This document shows, one piece after another, positions 35,478-45,554 of a stretch of 64,000 nucleotides of DNA; within the stretch, counting starts at the first letter, position 1; the number at the start of each line of letters is the position of its first letter. Under the pieces are notes generated by a model that saw only the letters and a list, made by a program, of their open reading frames with translations, searched no databases and was not told where the DNA came from. The stretch is from sequence record OQ990039. One strand, written 5' to 3'. A program made the position numbers and the translations under genes. The DNA is from Escherichia phage SUT_E420.

Positions 35478-37670
35478 ATGTCAAAGATTACAATTAAGAC
35501 ACTAAAATTTAGTAACGTTATGTCTTACGGTAAGGACATCGTAATTCATCTCGATAAGAATCCCGTTACTCAACTAATCGGGGGCAATGGGCTAGGGAAA
35601 TCTACAATTGCTACTGTTATTGAAGAACTATTCTATAATAAGAACTCACGCGGTATTAAGAAAGATGCTCTGTTCTCTTGGTCTTCTCCGAAAAAAGAAT
35701 ACGATATGCACGCTTATTTCTCGAAAGATGAGGATGAGTATGAACTGCATAAAGTAGTTAAGTCAACTGCTAAAGTAACTCTTATTAAGAATGGGGAAGA
35801 TATTAGTGGACACACGGCAACCCAAACATACAAGATGATTGAAGAAATTATGGGTGGTGACTTCCAAACATTCACCAAACTGATTTATCAATCGGTGGGC
35901 TCCAATCTAGACTTTCTAAAAGCAACGGATGCAACACGTAAGGCTTTTCTTGTTAACTTGTTCAATCAAGAACAGTATAAAGAAATGTCAGAAACTATTA
36001 AGGCNNNNNNNNNNNNNNNNNNNNNNNNNNNNNNNNNNNNNNNNNNNNNNNNNNNNNNNNNNNNNNNNNNNNNNNNNNNNNNNNNNNNNNNNNNNNNNNN
36101 NNNNGATGCAACACGTAAGGCTTTTCTTGTTAACTTGTTCAATCAAGAACAGTATAAAGAAATGTCAGAAACTATTAAGGCTGACCGTAAAGAAATAGCA
36201 AATACCTTAAACAATTTGCAAGGCCAAATGGCTGTAATTACGAAAATCCTTAATGGAAAGAATAATCTAGGAACTCTACAGGAACCTGTAGAAGTACCGG
36301 AGTTTGATGAAGAACCATTAGCACAAGAACTTACTGAATCGAAAATTAAGGCGGCATTAGCCAAGTCTCAAGAGGCTAATATTACTAAATTGCGTAATTT
36401 GGACAAAGCTGTACAAGTTGCCGAACAATCTTTCGAACCTTTCAAAAATTTACCCGCGCCCACCGACCAAAACGAAGAGATCTCAAGTGTTACGCGTGAC
36501 CTAACGATTGTGACCTCACGTGCTGGTGAAGTTAAGAAACGTTATCAGAAGTTCAAGCAAGAGGCTTCAAATACTGAATGTCCTACTTGTGGTACTCATC
36601 TGGATACAACTGCCGCTCAAAAAGCAATGGATATGGCTAGAACAGAATATGATCCTCTGTTCAAAGAGAAGCAATCTCTTGAAGCTAAGCTAGAACAGTT
36701 GAGGAAAGAACAACTTGAGTACGTTGCGTATATTAGAGCAAAGGATGCCTTGGATAAAGCAGTGGTAGCTAGGGACGAGTTCAAAAATTCAATGAGTGAT
36801 GCTTCTTTTGAAGAACTCAATGTGCAAATCCTACAGGTGCAAATCCGACAATTAGAACAGGAAATCGCTGATGGNNNNNNNNNNNNNNNNNNNNNNNNNN
36901 NNNNNNNNNNNNNNNNNNNNNNNNNNNNNNNNNNNNNNNNNNNNNNNNNNNNNNNNNNNNNNNNNNNNNNNNNNGATGCTTCTTTTGAAGAACTCAATGT
37001 GCAAATCCTACAGGTGCAAATCCGACAATTAGAACAGGAAATCGCTGATGGACGTTCTAAGGTTGCAATTGCCAAAGAGCATAATGCAAATGTCGAATTA
37101 GCCAATGCAAAATATAAAGCGAAACTAGAACAGATTGAGAAAGCTGAAGCAGAAATGTCCGAGATTACTTCCAAATTAAATGAAGTATCAGAAGCTGTTG
37201 CTGATCTCGATATTCTGATTGCTGCATTGAAGAATTTAGTAGGATATAAACTAGAGCATAGTGTGAAAGTATTTGAAGAACTAATTAATAAATACCTTTC
37301 TATTATGACTGGCGGTAAATTCGCACTTGGATTTGAACTTGATGAAACAAAATTACAAGTAGTAATCTTCAATGATGGAAATCGTACCAGTATGGAGAAC
37401 TGCTCTACTGGTCAACAGAGTCGAATTAACCTAGCAACCCTGTTAGCTATTCGGATGCTGTTAACATCTATTAGTAAAGTTAATATTAATCTTCTATTCC
37501 TTGATGAAGTAATTAGCTTTATTGATACGAAAGGACTTGACACTCTTGTTGAATTATTAAACGAGGAAGAAAGTCTAAATTCTATCATTGTTTCTCATGG
37601 GCATACGCATCCACTAGCTCATAAGATTACTGTCAAAAAAGATGCAGAAGGATTTTCCTACTTAGAATAA
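35478..37670 (+). CDS. sbcC: SbcC/Rad50-like ATPase
   Basis: MSKITIKTLKFSNVMSYG start (second copy, after the gap; first copy at 35299); Walker A GGNGLGKST, long coiled-coil, Walker B LLFLDEVISFID. Contains gaps 36005-36104 and 36875-36974. Confidence 0.8.
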   Translation: MSKITIKTLKFSNVMSYGKDIVIHLDKNPVTQLIGGNGLGKSTIATVIEELFYNKNSRGIKKDALFSWSSPKKEYDMHAYFSKDEDEYELHKVVKSTAKVTLIKNGEDISGHTATQTYKMIEEIMGGDFQTFTKLIYQSVGSNLDFLKATDATRKAFLVNLFNQEQYKEMSETIKXXXXXXXXXXXXXXXXXXXXXXXXXXXXXXXXXXDATRKAFLVNLFNQEQYKEMSETIKADRKEIANTLNNLQGQMAVITKILNGKNNLGTLQEPVEVPEFDEEPLAQELTESKIKAALAKSQEANITKLRNLDKAVQVAEQSFEPFKNLPAPTDQNEEISSVTRDLTIVTSRAGEVKKRYQKFKQEASNTECPTCGTHLDTTAAQKAMDMARTEYDPLFKEKQSLEAKLEQLRKEQLEYVAYIRAKDALDKAVVARDEFKNSMSDASFEELNVQILQVQIRQLEQEIADXXXXXXXXXXXXXXXXXXXXXXXXXXXXXXXXXXDASFEELNVQILQVQIRQLEQEIADGRSKVAIAKEHNANVELANAKYKAKLEQIEKAEAEMSEITSKLNEVSEAVADLDILIAALKNLVGYKLEHSVKVFEELINKYLSIMTGGKFALGFELDETKLQVVIFNDGNRTSMENCSTGQQSRINLATLLAIRMLLTSISKVNINLLFLDEVISFIDTKGLDTLVELLNEEESLNSIIVSHGHTHPLAHKITVKKDAEGFSYLE
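36005..36104. other. Assembly gap (100 N) flanked by identical 77-bp copies
   Basis: Exact 77-bp duplication either side. Confidence 0.95.
36875..36974. other. Assembly gap (100 N) flanked by identical 77-bp copies
   Basis: Exact 77-bp duplication either side. Confidence 0.95.
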
Positions 37671-37673
37671 AAC

Positions 37674-38333
37674 ATGGCTGTAGATAGTAGAGAGAAAGGT
37701 AAACGTGGTGAATATCAGGTAAGAGATATTCTACGTGAGCGTACAGGTCTTGAGTGGGAACGTGTTCCTGGCTCTGGTGCTTTTGGCCAGAGCCACGGAC
37801 TGAAAGGTGACATCTACCTTCCACCACAAAGCGGACACATTAGTAAATACTGCTTCGAAGTTAAGTGGTANNNNNNNNNNNNNNNNNNNNNNNNNNNNNN
37901 NNNNNNNNNNNNNNNNNNNNNNNNNNNNNNNNNNNNNNNNNNNNNNNNNNNNNNNNNNNNNNNNNNNNNNCACGGACTGAAAGGTGACATCTACCTTCCA
38001 CCACAAAGCGGACACATTAGTAAATACTGCTTCGAAGTTAAGTGGTATAAAGATGATAATATATCAAGTAATTTATTTAATGTTGGTGAATCCACTCTAG
38101 AGAAGTGGTGGCAGCAGTGCTCACGTGAAGGTGAGCAGATGAACTCCAAACCTGCATTAATATTCAAAAAAGACAGAGGACAGTGGTTAATAGCTTTGGA
38201 TAGCTCAGACCCAATGGTTGACAACTTAATGAGTCGTACCCATATGGTGTTAAATAAGAAAGACATGGAAATCGTAATTGGTTTATTTGAACCGTGGCTA
38301 CATCATGCATCTGTTGAGGACTTAATTAAATAA
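37674..38333 (+). CDS. Putative Holliday-junction resolvase (Hjc-like PD-(D/E)xK nuclease)
   Basis: GKRGEYQVRDILRE...RVPGSG...GDIYL...FEVKW resembles the archaeal Hjc pattern. Contains artifact gap 37871-37970. Confidence 0.45.
   Translation: MAVDSREKGKRGEYQVRDILRERTGLEWERVPGSGAFGQSHGLKGDIYLPPQSGHISKYCFEVKWXXXXXXXXXXXXXXXXXXXXXXXXXXXXXXXXXXHGLKGDIYLPPQSGHISKYCFEVKWYKDDNISSNLFNVGESTLEKWWQQCSREGEQMNSKPALIFKKDRGQWLIALDSSDPMVDNLMSRTHMVLNKKDMEIVIGLFEPWLHHASVEDLIK
37871..37970. other. Assembly gap (100 N) flanked by identical 77-bp copies
   Basis: Exact 77-bp duplication either side. Confidence 0.95.
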
Positions 38334-39385
38334 TGAGTAAATCCTGGGGAAAATTTATTGAAGAAGAGGAAGCTGAAATGGCTTCCCGTCGTAACCTAAT
38401 GATTGTCGATGGAACTAACTTAGGCTTTCGCTTCAAACATAANNNNNNNNNNNNNNNNNNNNNNNNNNNNNNNNNNNNNNNNNNNNNNNNNNNNNNNNNN
38501 NNNNNNNNNNNNNNNNNNNNNNNNNNNNNNNNNNNNNNNNNNGAGGAAGCTGAAATGGCTTCCCGTCGTAACCTAATGATTGTCGATGGAACTAACTTAG
38601 GCTTTCGCTTCAAACATAACAACAGTAAAAAACCATTTGCCTCAAGTTATGTTTCCACTATTCAGTCTCTAGCAAAATCTTATTCTGCTAGAACTACAAT
38701 AGTTTTAGGAGATAAGGGGAAGTCTGCATTCCGCTTAGAGCATTTACCTGAGTATAAGGGTAATCGAGATGAGAAATACTCTCAGCGTACGGAAGAGGAG
38801 AAAGCGTTAGATGAGCAGTTCTTCGAGTATTTGAAAGATGCTTTCGAGTTATGTGAAACTACATTCCCAACTTTCACTATTCGGGGTGTAGAAGCAGATG
38901 ATATGGCAGCTTATATTGTTAAACTGATCGGGCATCTATATGATCACGTTTGGCTGATTTCTACTGATGGTGACTGGGATACTTTATTAACTGATAAAGT
39001 ATCTCGCTTCTCTTTCACAACACGTCGTGAATACCATCTTCGTGATATGTATGAGCATCATAATGTTGACGATGTAGAGCAGTTTATCTCCCTGAAAGCA
39101 ATTATGGGTGATTTAGGGGATAATATCCGAGGTGTTGAAGGTATTGGGGCAAAGCGCGGGTATAATATTATTCGTGAATTTGGTAACGTTCTGGATATTA
39201 TTGATCAGCTTCCACTGCCTGGAAAACAGAAATATATACAGAATTTAAATGCTTCGGAAGAATTGCTTTATCGAAACCTAATTCTGGTTGATTTACCTAC
39301 CTACTGTGTGGATGCTATTGCTGCTGTAGGTCAAGATGTATTAGATAAATTTACAAAAGATATTTTGGAGATTGCAGAACAATGA
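38333..39385 (+). CDS. Flap endonuclease / 5'-3' exonuclease (T5 D15-like)
   Basis: LMIVDGTNLGFRFKH and downstream acidic clusters typical of FEN. True length about 291 aa after removing artifact gap 38443-38542. Confidence 0.9.
   Translation: MSKSWGKFIEEEEAEMASRRNLMIVDGTNLGFRFKHXXXXXXXXXXXXXXXXXXXXXXXXXXXXXXXXXXEEAEMASRRNLMIVDGTNLGFRFKHNNSKKPFASSYVSTIQSLAKSYSARTTIVLGDKGKSAFRLEHLPEYKGNRDEKYSQRTEEEKALDEQFFEYLKDAFELCETTFPTFTIRGVEADDMAAYIVKLIGHLYDHVWLISTDGDWDTLLTDKVSRFSFTTRREYHLRDMYEHHNVDDVEQFISLKAIMGDLGDNIRGVEGIGAKRGYNIIREFGNVLDIIDQLPLPGKQKYIQNLNASEELLYRNLILVDLPTYCVDAIAAVGQDVLDKFTKDILEIAEQ
38443..38542. other. Assembly gap (100 N) flanked by identical 77-bp copies
   Basis: Exact 77-bp duplication either side. 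Confidence 0.95.
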
Positions 39386-39828
39386 TTAAAATTAAATTAA
39401 CTCATCCAGATTGTATGCCTAAGATTGGTTCCGAAGATGCCGCAGGTATGGATCTGCGAGCATTCTTTGGTACTAATCCTGCCGCAGACTTACGCGCTAT
39501 TGCACCAGGCAAATCTCTTATGATTGACACCGGTGTCGCGGTAGAAATTCCGCGAGGTTGGTTCGGTTTGGTAGTTCCTCGTAGTTCTTTAGGTAAACGC
39601 CATTTGATGATTGCAAATACCGCAGGAGTGATTGACTCAGACTATCGTGGAACTATTAAGATGAATCTGTTTAACTACGGTTCTGAAATTCAAACTCTGG
39701 AGAATTTTGAAAGACTTTGTCAGCTAGTAGTAGTACCACACTACTCAACTCATAATTTTGAAATCGTTGACGAACTAGGGGAGACTGATCGTGGGGAAGG
39801 TGGATTTGGAAGTTCAGGAAGCAAATAA
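39382..39828 (+). CDS. dut: dUTPase
   Basis: 148 aa; AGMDL, RSS, GVIDSDYRG and C-terminal RGEGGFGSSG motifs. Confidence 0.9.
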   Translation: MIKIKLTHPDCMPKIGSEDAAGMDLRAFFGTNPAADLRAIAPGKSLMIDTGVAVEIPRGWFGLVVPRSSLGKRHLMIANTAGVIDSDYRGTIKMNLFNYGSEIQTLENFERLCQLVVVPHYSTHNFEIVDELGETDRGEGGFGSSGSK

Positions 39829-39844
39829 TTTTACTGATCCTAAT

Positions 39845-40054
39845 ATGATAGGTATTGATACTAATATGTTAACTTATCAGATTAAAACTGCTGAACCAGA
39901 AACGTTTGTGCTAAAAACAGATAAAGAAGGTAATGTTACTTTCTGGGACCCTGAAGGTTTTGTAGAGCTTTGTACTAATACGGATAATGAGCATTTAAAA
40001 CTACTATTAGCTATTTATAATCTTGGTATTATAGAAGGTTGTAGAAGCAAGTAA
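39845..40054 (+). CDS. Hypothetical small protein
   Basis: Start taken at internal ATG (MIGIDT); no clear SD. Weak. Confidence 0.3.
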   Translation: MIGIDTNMLTYQIKTAEPETFVLKTDKEGNVTFWDPEGFVELCTNTDNEHLKLLLAIYNLGIIEGCRSK

Positions 40055-40057
40055 TAG

Positions 40058-40095
40058 AAAAACCCCGGTGGATTTTGTCCACCGGGGTTTCTTTG
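40058..40095. terminator. Bidirectional intrinsic terminator between converging early and late genes
   Basis: 10-bp stem CCCCGGTGGA / TCCACCGGGG flanked by an A-run and a T-run. Confidence 0.65.
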
Positions 40096-40110
40096 TACTA
40101 TGTATATGTA

Positions 40111-42879
40111 CTATGAGTTATCTGGCTTAATAAGCTCGCTAACAAGTTTCTTCAGTTCGGTTAATTCTTGCTCAAGTTTGTTAACTTTATCAGCTTGATA
40201 ACGAAATGCGCAAGCTAGATCTGCCATAATGACGTTGTTATCAAGTGCTAATGTGTCATCTGCTTTGTCAACAACAATTTGGCGGTCTACATATTCTTCA
40301 CCGTCATCGTTAACACCTATAACATCTGCAAAAATATCTCCACCAGGAATTAATTTTACATATTCCGGGTCTATTTTTAGAAGGTCTTGGGCTATTAAGC
40401 CAAATCGCTGTATGTTGCTTCCATTGTATTTAAACATTGTCGGAAGCCACTGCATAACGCGATCATAGCTTTCTTTTCCATCTGTATAGATTATATCGTG
40501 CTTTAAATCTCTGTCAGAGTTAGCGGCCTTTTGAAAAATGAAGTTTCCATTTGATGACCATGTGGTTATATCGTTTGAGGCTGGTTGAAACTGGAAGTTA
40601 CAGAAAAAATTACCATCACCACGAAGTCTTAACGAGCAAAAAGGCCAAGCATTATTTCCCTGTGGGATAAGACCCCAAGTTGCACGAATTGGATAACCAC
40701 CAGTTGATTGTGTACCCCATGAAAGGCCAGGCGCCCATCCACCATCATTGTTAGGAATAATCTCGCCCCAAACAAGAGCATTACCCCAATAGTTAGGATC
40801 ATCCCAGCCCATTTGTTGGGTTTTGCCAGTGTATTGAGCAGAATGAGTTCTGCCGTCAGGGTAAAACTTGTGCATATAGGACTGTATCCCTGCTTGATAC
40901 AATTCTATTCCAAAAGATTCAACGTGTGTGTCGCCTCTTCTGATTAAACCAGCGATAGCGTAATCGTCATACCAGTTGTAACGACTTACACCAGTCCATG
41001 TGTTTATTGGTGGATTCATGATTGAGAATAGTTGTGACGCATTGCGTTCATTCCCGTCTGCATAAATACCAGCCCCAGGAGCTAAGGAAATACTTTTCGC
41101 TCCCGAAAAAGTACCATTTTCATTAAACTGATAATACTGTGCTAACCCATTATGAAATACGCCTATTGTATGCTTTCCTACGCCTACTTGAGTCTCAAAA
41201 TACGACTGAGAAGAACCAATATCTTCGCCTTGGGTATTCTTTAGTTTTGAATGGTATATACCTGCGTTTGCAGTAACTGCATTTTCCGTTTCATTTTCAA
41301 CATTAAGACTAAGGAACTTTGGCGCATGTTTCTCACCAAGCCCTATATTATTTCTGATACCATTCGCATCCTTAGCACCTGTACCACCAAATTGAATACC
41401 TAGTGGTAGCCATTGATCGGTGGTAGCATCATAAACGCCCCAATGATCCCCGTCAGCTGGAATGGTTAGATACTTGTTTTTATTTGGAGAATATAAAACT
41501 GTTTCTACAGAATTCTGAAACAGCCTATCAACTCCTAAATTATATCTAGCACCTTCAGGAGTATCTGCTCCTGTACCCCCAGCCGCAGTTGATAATGGAA
41601 GAGTTTCCCATGAAATTCCGTCACCTGTTGCATTTCTCTGAAGTACAATAAGACCATCATCTCTAATAACAAATCTATATAATCTATTATGTGAATATAA
41701 AAAAGTATGAACCCCATCTTGCACAAGTGAGTCTATAAGGAGTGTCTGACGAGAAGCATTGATATCCAACAGATCTGAAAGATTATTTTCTTTTAATAAC
41801 GATTTACTAATGATACCTTCAGCTTTTCCAGCAGCCACTTCCGCGCGCCCAGCGTCTGTAGATGCGCTTTGTGCGCTACCAGCAGCATTGCTAGCTTGTT
41901 GTCCTGCTTCGATAGCGCTATTGCTTGCTTGTGCAGCGGAAGCAGCAGCAGCATCTTTTAGCGTGGTAGTTTCGGACACAGCAGCGTCCTTAATTCCCTG
42001 TGTGTCTATTTTTAGCTGCTCAACGTCTGATTTTAAAGCTACTGTCTCTGCTACTGCAGTATCCTTAATACCTTGTGTATCTATTTTTAGCTGTTCAACA
42101 TCTGATTTTAAGCCTTGAATAGTAGTTACTGATTGGCTAGCTGAGGCTGCGGAATGGGCTGCATTGGTTTCACTAGTTTTTGCATTGGTTTCACTAGTTT
42201 TTGCATTGGTTTCACTAGCTTTTGCATTAGTTTCCGAGGTTTTTGCAGCGGATGCTGATGCGGCGGCTTGTGCAGAGAATATTTCTGCCCCATCTCTATA
42301 GCCTTTAGAATCCGAAGCAGAAGCAGCAGCATTAGTTTCACTAGCCTTTGCCTTATCTTCACTAGTCTTTGCTGCAATAGCAGAAGCAGCAGCATTAGTT
42401 TCACTAGCCTTTGCCTTATCTTCGCTAGCCTTTGCATTAGTCTCACTAGTTTTTGCGTTAGTCTCACTAGTTTTTGCATTAGTTTCACTAGCCTTTGCCT
42501 TATCTTCGCTAGTTTTAGCATTAGTCTCAGATATTTTAGCTGCAGCTGCTGATTCCTCCGATTTAGTAGCTGATGCAGCAGATTGAGTAGCAGATGTAGC
42601 GGACTGAGTGGCAGAGGCTTCAGAAGCTCCAGCAGAAATAGCAGCTTCCTGTTCAGAGTTCTTAGCATTAAGCTCCGAAGTTTTAGCCGCTATCTCAGAA
42701 TCTTTTGCAGCTGCAGCAGACTTAGCTGCAGCCTCAATAGAAGATACTAACTCACTTGCAGTAATAGAGCTAATAGAATTACCTAGAGTTACTGTATATC
42801 TAGGAAACTTACTAGCAGTAGCTTTAGTATCATCAATATTTAATATTTGTTGTACAATAATTTTAGTAGTTACTGCCAT
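40111..42879 (-). CDS. Tail fibre protein with C-terminal intramolecular chaperone (peptidase S74-like) domain
   Basis: 922 aa; N-terminal heptad SETNAKT repeats and Ala/Ser-rich coiled coil; C-terminal SDRDLKHDI...GLIAQDL matches the S74 chaperone signature. Confidence 0.75.
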   Translation of the reverse strand: MAVTTKIIVQQILNIDDTKATASKFPRYTVTLGNSISSITASELVSSIEAAAKSAAAAKDSEIAAKTSELNAKNSEQEAAISAGASEASATQSATSATQSAASATKSEESAAAAKISETNAKTSEDKAKASETNAKTSETNAKTSETNAKASEDKAKASETNAAASAIAAKTSEDKAKASETNAAASASDSKGYRDGAEIFSAQAAASASAAKTSETNAKASETNAKTSETNAKTSETNAAHSAASASQSVTTIQGLKSDVEQLKIDTQGIKDTAVAETVALKSDVEQLKIDTQGIKDAAVSETTTLKDAAAASAAQASNSAIEAGQQASNAAGSAQSASTDAGRAEVAAGKAEGIISKSLLKENNLSDLLDINASRQTLLIDSLVQDGVHTFLYSHNRLYRFVIRDDGLIVLQRNATGDGISWETLPLSTAAGGTGADTPEGARYNLGVDRLFQNSVETVLYSPNKNKYLTIPADGDHWGVYDATTDQWLPLGIQFGGTGAKDANGIRNNIGLGEKHAPKFLSLNVENETENAVTANAGIYHSKLKNTQGEDIGSSQSYFETQVGVGKHTIGVFHNGLAQYYQFNENGTFSGAKSISLAPGAGIYADGNERNASQLFSIMNPPINTWTGVSRYNWYDDYAIAGLIRRGDTHVESFGIELYQAGIQSYMHKFYPDGRTHSAQYTGKTQQMGWDDPNYWGNALVWGEIIPNNDGGWAPGLSWGTQSTGGYPIRATWGLIPQGNNAWPFCSLRLRGDGNFFCNFQFQPASNDITTWSSNGNFIFQKAANSDRDLKHDIIYTDGKESYDRVMQWLPTMFKYNGSNIQRFGLIAQDLLKIDPEYVKLIPGGDIFADVIGVNDDGEEYVDRQIVVDKADDTLALDNNVIMADLACAFRYQADKVNKLEQELTELKKLVSELIKPDNS
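42150..42540. repeat. 21-bp tandem coding repeats (heptad TSETNAK) within the tail fibre gene
   Basis: Repeated GGTTTCACTAGTTTTTGCATT-type units on the plus strand in two blocks. Confidence 0.7.
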
Positions 42880-43301
42880 TATTTAGTTACCCCATCACTG
42901 ATAAATACTTTACCCTCCATTATACGAAAGGAGCTAATTGCAGATCCTATAACATCTCTAGTCATAATTATATCATAGTATCCTGCGAATCGCTGACGAG
43001 GGTTATATTTATCTCTATCTTTAGATGCTCTAGCCCCTATATTTTCCACAGATTCTACTGGCAAACTTATAGCTACAGCCCCTTGAGCAGCATCAATAAT
43101 ATTAGTAGTAAAGGATGCTAATATCTCCGCATTCTCATCTAGGCTATTTTTTATAGTACCCCTTAGAGAATACCCGGTTAAGTTAACGGGGGTATTTGTA
43201 GGTGGATAAGTACTATCATCAACATCTAAGAACTGCATCATTAAACCATATGGTACTTTCTCATCTATTACTAAATCTATAACTCTATTTTCAGTACTCA
43301 T
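42879..43301 (-). CDS. Tail collar-like protein (T5 p132-like, tentative)
   Basis: 140 aa; position between the fibre gene and the baseplate genes. Confidence 0.4.
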   Translation of the reverse strand: MSTENRVIDLVIDEKVPYGLMMQFLDVDDSTYPPTNTPVNLTGYSLRGTIKNSLDENAEILASFTTNIIDAAQGAVAISLPVESVENIGARASKDRDKYNPRQRFAGYYDIIMTRDVIGSAISSFRIMEGKVFISDGVTK

Positions 43302-43304
43302 TAT

Positions 43305-45554
43305 TTACCTTATATGGATGTACCCGTTTTGCAGGTCTATCTTCATTCTGTAATAGGCTTCCGGATTATCAGATAATGCAGCGTTTCTATCATAAATAAC
43401 GTTAACACCGATCTGAGATAAGAAGGCATTATTTGCTACAATCTTACTGGCGGTTACCGTACCATTAACTATCATATCGCCATGCAGTACCATTGCTGGG
43501 TTAACCCAACCGGAACCATTCCATTGACGAGTAAATGCAGATTGCGGAGCATTACTATTAAACTCTGTCAATACATCATATCTAACTGGAGGACTACCAA
43601 AGTTATTCTGGAAGAAGGCATTAGCCTGCCCATCATCCCAACCACCAAGACCAGGAATACCTAAGGAATACATTCCAGGACCACGTTGTCCATCATGTCC
43701 TATAGTACCTTCAGTACCACTCCACTGAACTACATCAGACCAGCTAGTACCTGCAAGTAGCTTATTAGTAACTGGGTCAAGTGTACCCGTAGTCGCATAG
43801 ATATTTTGTGTCATATCTGTACGATTAGGTGGAGTTTTTGACCAACCAGGAGGCGGATAATCTTGTTCTAGTGGCTTTGCTGGAAGTGCAGTTGATATCT
43901 TATAAACAAATACTGTTTGCTTGCCCTGTATACCTGTTTGGATATCTACATCGCCATTTGGTGTTCCAATTACTACTCCACTAGAAATACGTAGTACATC
44001 ACCATCATAACGAATCCACTGTGTGGCATTACCAATGTCTAACTTAGCTTTGGCAGAGGTATTATCCATGCCCATCCAAATACCGGAGTTATTATCCCCC
44101 CAAGATTTACCTTGAGTGTAAATTGCTGGATTATCCTTACCGGATAAGTTAGTCATGATAAAATTCGCAGCATTAATATCTCTAGTAATTACTTTACCAT
44201 CAACGTTAACAACACGGTTTATAGGATCAAAAGAAATAGGTGCTTTTCCCTCTTCATCTAGCAGACCAATGTTAATAGCACCAGTAGCTGCATCGATTAA
44301 GAATGTCTGTCTCCAGATTTCTCCATCTTTCATGCTGCCCTTAATAAAGGCATAGTTAACATCAATACCAGTCTCATTGACAAAGCTGTTATCTAGAGGA
44401 GTATCTTCATTCAATATAAATGTTACAGGAGCTGATTCTGTTATATCTTGTTTATTTGGTCCCCAGGCAATTGATGATACCTTAAAGGTATGTTCAACTT
44501 TCCATGGGAATGATATAATTGTTGCAGCTCTGGCAGCACCAACGTTTATCTTTTGAGCTTTAGCCCAGCCAGTCTTAGCGTATTCTTCAGAATTTATATA
44601 TGTAACCAAGAACTCACGAACATTAGCACCACCACCGCGTTCCCAATCCCACTCAATTCTAACATCATATCGTTCTTTACCATCAGCAATTCGTGCAGCT
44701 TTAAAAACAATATTGATAGGTGCAGTAGGAGGAACAAAATTATAAGCTACTGTTAAAATATTAGGGAATTCATAGTACCCAGAAGAATCAACTGTAACAC
44801 CATCAGGCATAGTTACTTGACCAGATATTCTGATCTTATAATCTCCGATAGGAACTCCACCAAATTTAATAGTAGAACCTAAAGCCCCAATGTAATACTT
44901 AGTCCAAGGACTGTCTTCAGTAGCTGTACTTTTTAACTCAATAGTACAGTAGCTTGCTTCACCAGTTGTTTCTACGACAACTATCGGTGCACCTACCCCA
45001 ACATCCACAGGTTCTGATTCAGATCTTGCTGCAACAATTATTGGCTTCTCTTTTGTCCTAAAGTTAGTCTCATTAGAGAGATTGATACCAATCTTAGCCT
45101 CTAGCAGTTCAGAATCAATAATAGAGTCGTAGAAAGCCCCTTGAATCTCGTAAGAGGTTGAAGGGGTCAGGTTATTAATCATTATGAAGAAAGTATCTAT
45201 ACCAGTATAATCACGTCTATCTATACTTTCTCCTGTCTTTAACCAAAAAGATCTACCAATAANNNNNNNNNNNNNNNNNNNNNNNNNNNNNNNNNNNNNN
45301 NNNNNNNNNNNNNNNNNNNNNNNNNNNNNNNNNNNNNNNNNNNNNNNNNNNNNNNNNNNNNNGAAGAAAGTATCTATACCAGTATAATCACGTCTATCTA
45401 TACTTTCTCCTGTCTTTAACCAAAAAGATCTACCAATAACGTCATAGTCAGTATATATAGAGTGCTGGACATATGCCATTGTATATCCAGTCATTATACT
45501 ATTTAAGACCATTTTGGCTGGTGCATTATTCGAAATCATTAAATGGATGCCCAC
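43305..45554 (-). CDS. Baseplate/central fibre protein (T5 pb4-like, tentative)
   Basis: Large beta-rich ORF in the tail-tip module. Start uncertain (GTG 45554 or ATG 45539). Contains artifact gap 45263-45362. Confidence 0.45.
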   Translation of the reverse strand: MGIHLMISNNAPAKMVLNSIMTGYTMAYVQHSIYTDYDVIGRSFWLKTGESIDRRDYTGIDTFFXXXXXXXXXXXXXXXXXXXXXXXXXXXXXXXXXXIGRSFWLKTGESIDRRDYTGIDTFFIMINNLTPSTSYEIQGAFYDSIIDSELLEAKIGINLSNETNFRTKEKPIIVAARSESEPVDVGVGAPIVVVETTGEASYCTIELKSTATEDSPWTKYYIGALGSTIKFGGVPIGDYKIRISGQVTMPDGVTVDSSGYYEFPNILTVAYNFVPPTAPINIVFKAARIADGKERYDVRIEWDWERGGGANVREFLVTYINSEEYAKTGWAKAQKINVGAARAATIISFPWKVEHTFKVSSIAWGPNKQDITESAPVTFILNEDTPLDNSFVNETGIDVNYAFIKGSMKDGEIWRQTFLIDAATGAINIGLLDEEGKAPISFDPINRVVNVDGKVITRDINAANFIMTNLSGKDNPAIYTQGKSWGDNNSGIWMGMDNTSAKAKLDIGNATQWIRYDGDVLRISSGVVIGTPNGDVDIQTGIQGKQTVFVYKISTALPAKPLEQDYPPPGWSKTPPNRTDMTQNIYATTGTLDPVTNKLLAGTSWSDVVQWSGTEGTIGHDGQRGPGMYSLGIPGLGGWDDGQANAFFQNNFGSPPVRYDVLTEFNSNAPQSAFTRQWNGSGWVNPAMVLHGDMIVNGTVTASKIVANNAFLSQIGVNVIYDRNAALSDNPEAYYRMKIDLQNGYIHIR
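45263..45362. other. Assembly gap (100 N) flanked by identical 77-bp copies
   Basis: Exact 77-bp duplication either side. Confidence 0.95.

Noticed and set aside
42150-42540. Possible CRISPR array, given short tandem repeats
   Set aside because: Repeats are 21 bp, contiguous with no spacers, in frame within a structural gene, and encode a heptad peptide. No cas genes or leader.
42126-42668. 180-aa Leu/Lys/Gln-rich ORF (minus strand) and 94-aa ORF (plus strand) inside the tail fibre gene
   Set aside because: Generated by the 21-bp tandem repeats read in alternative frames; periodic low-complexity translation; overlaps the fibre coding frame.
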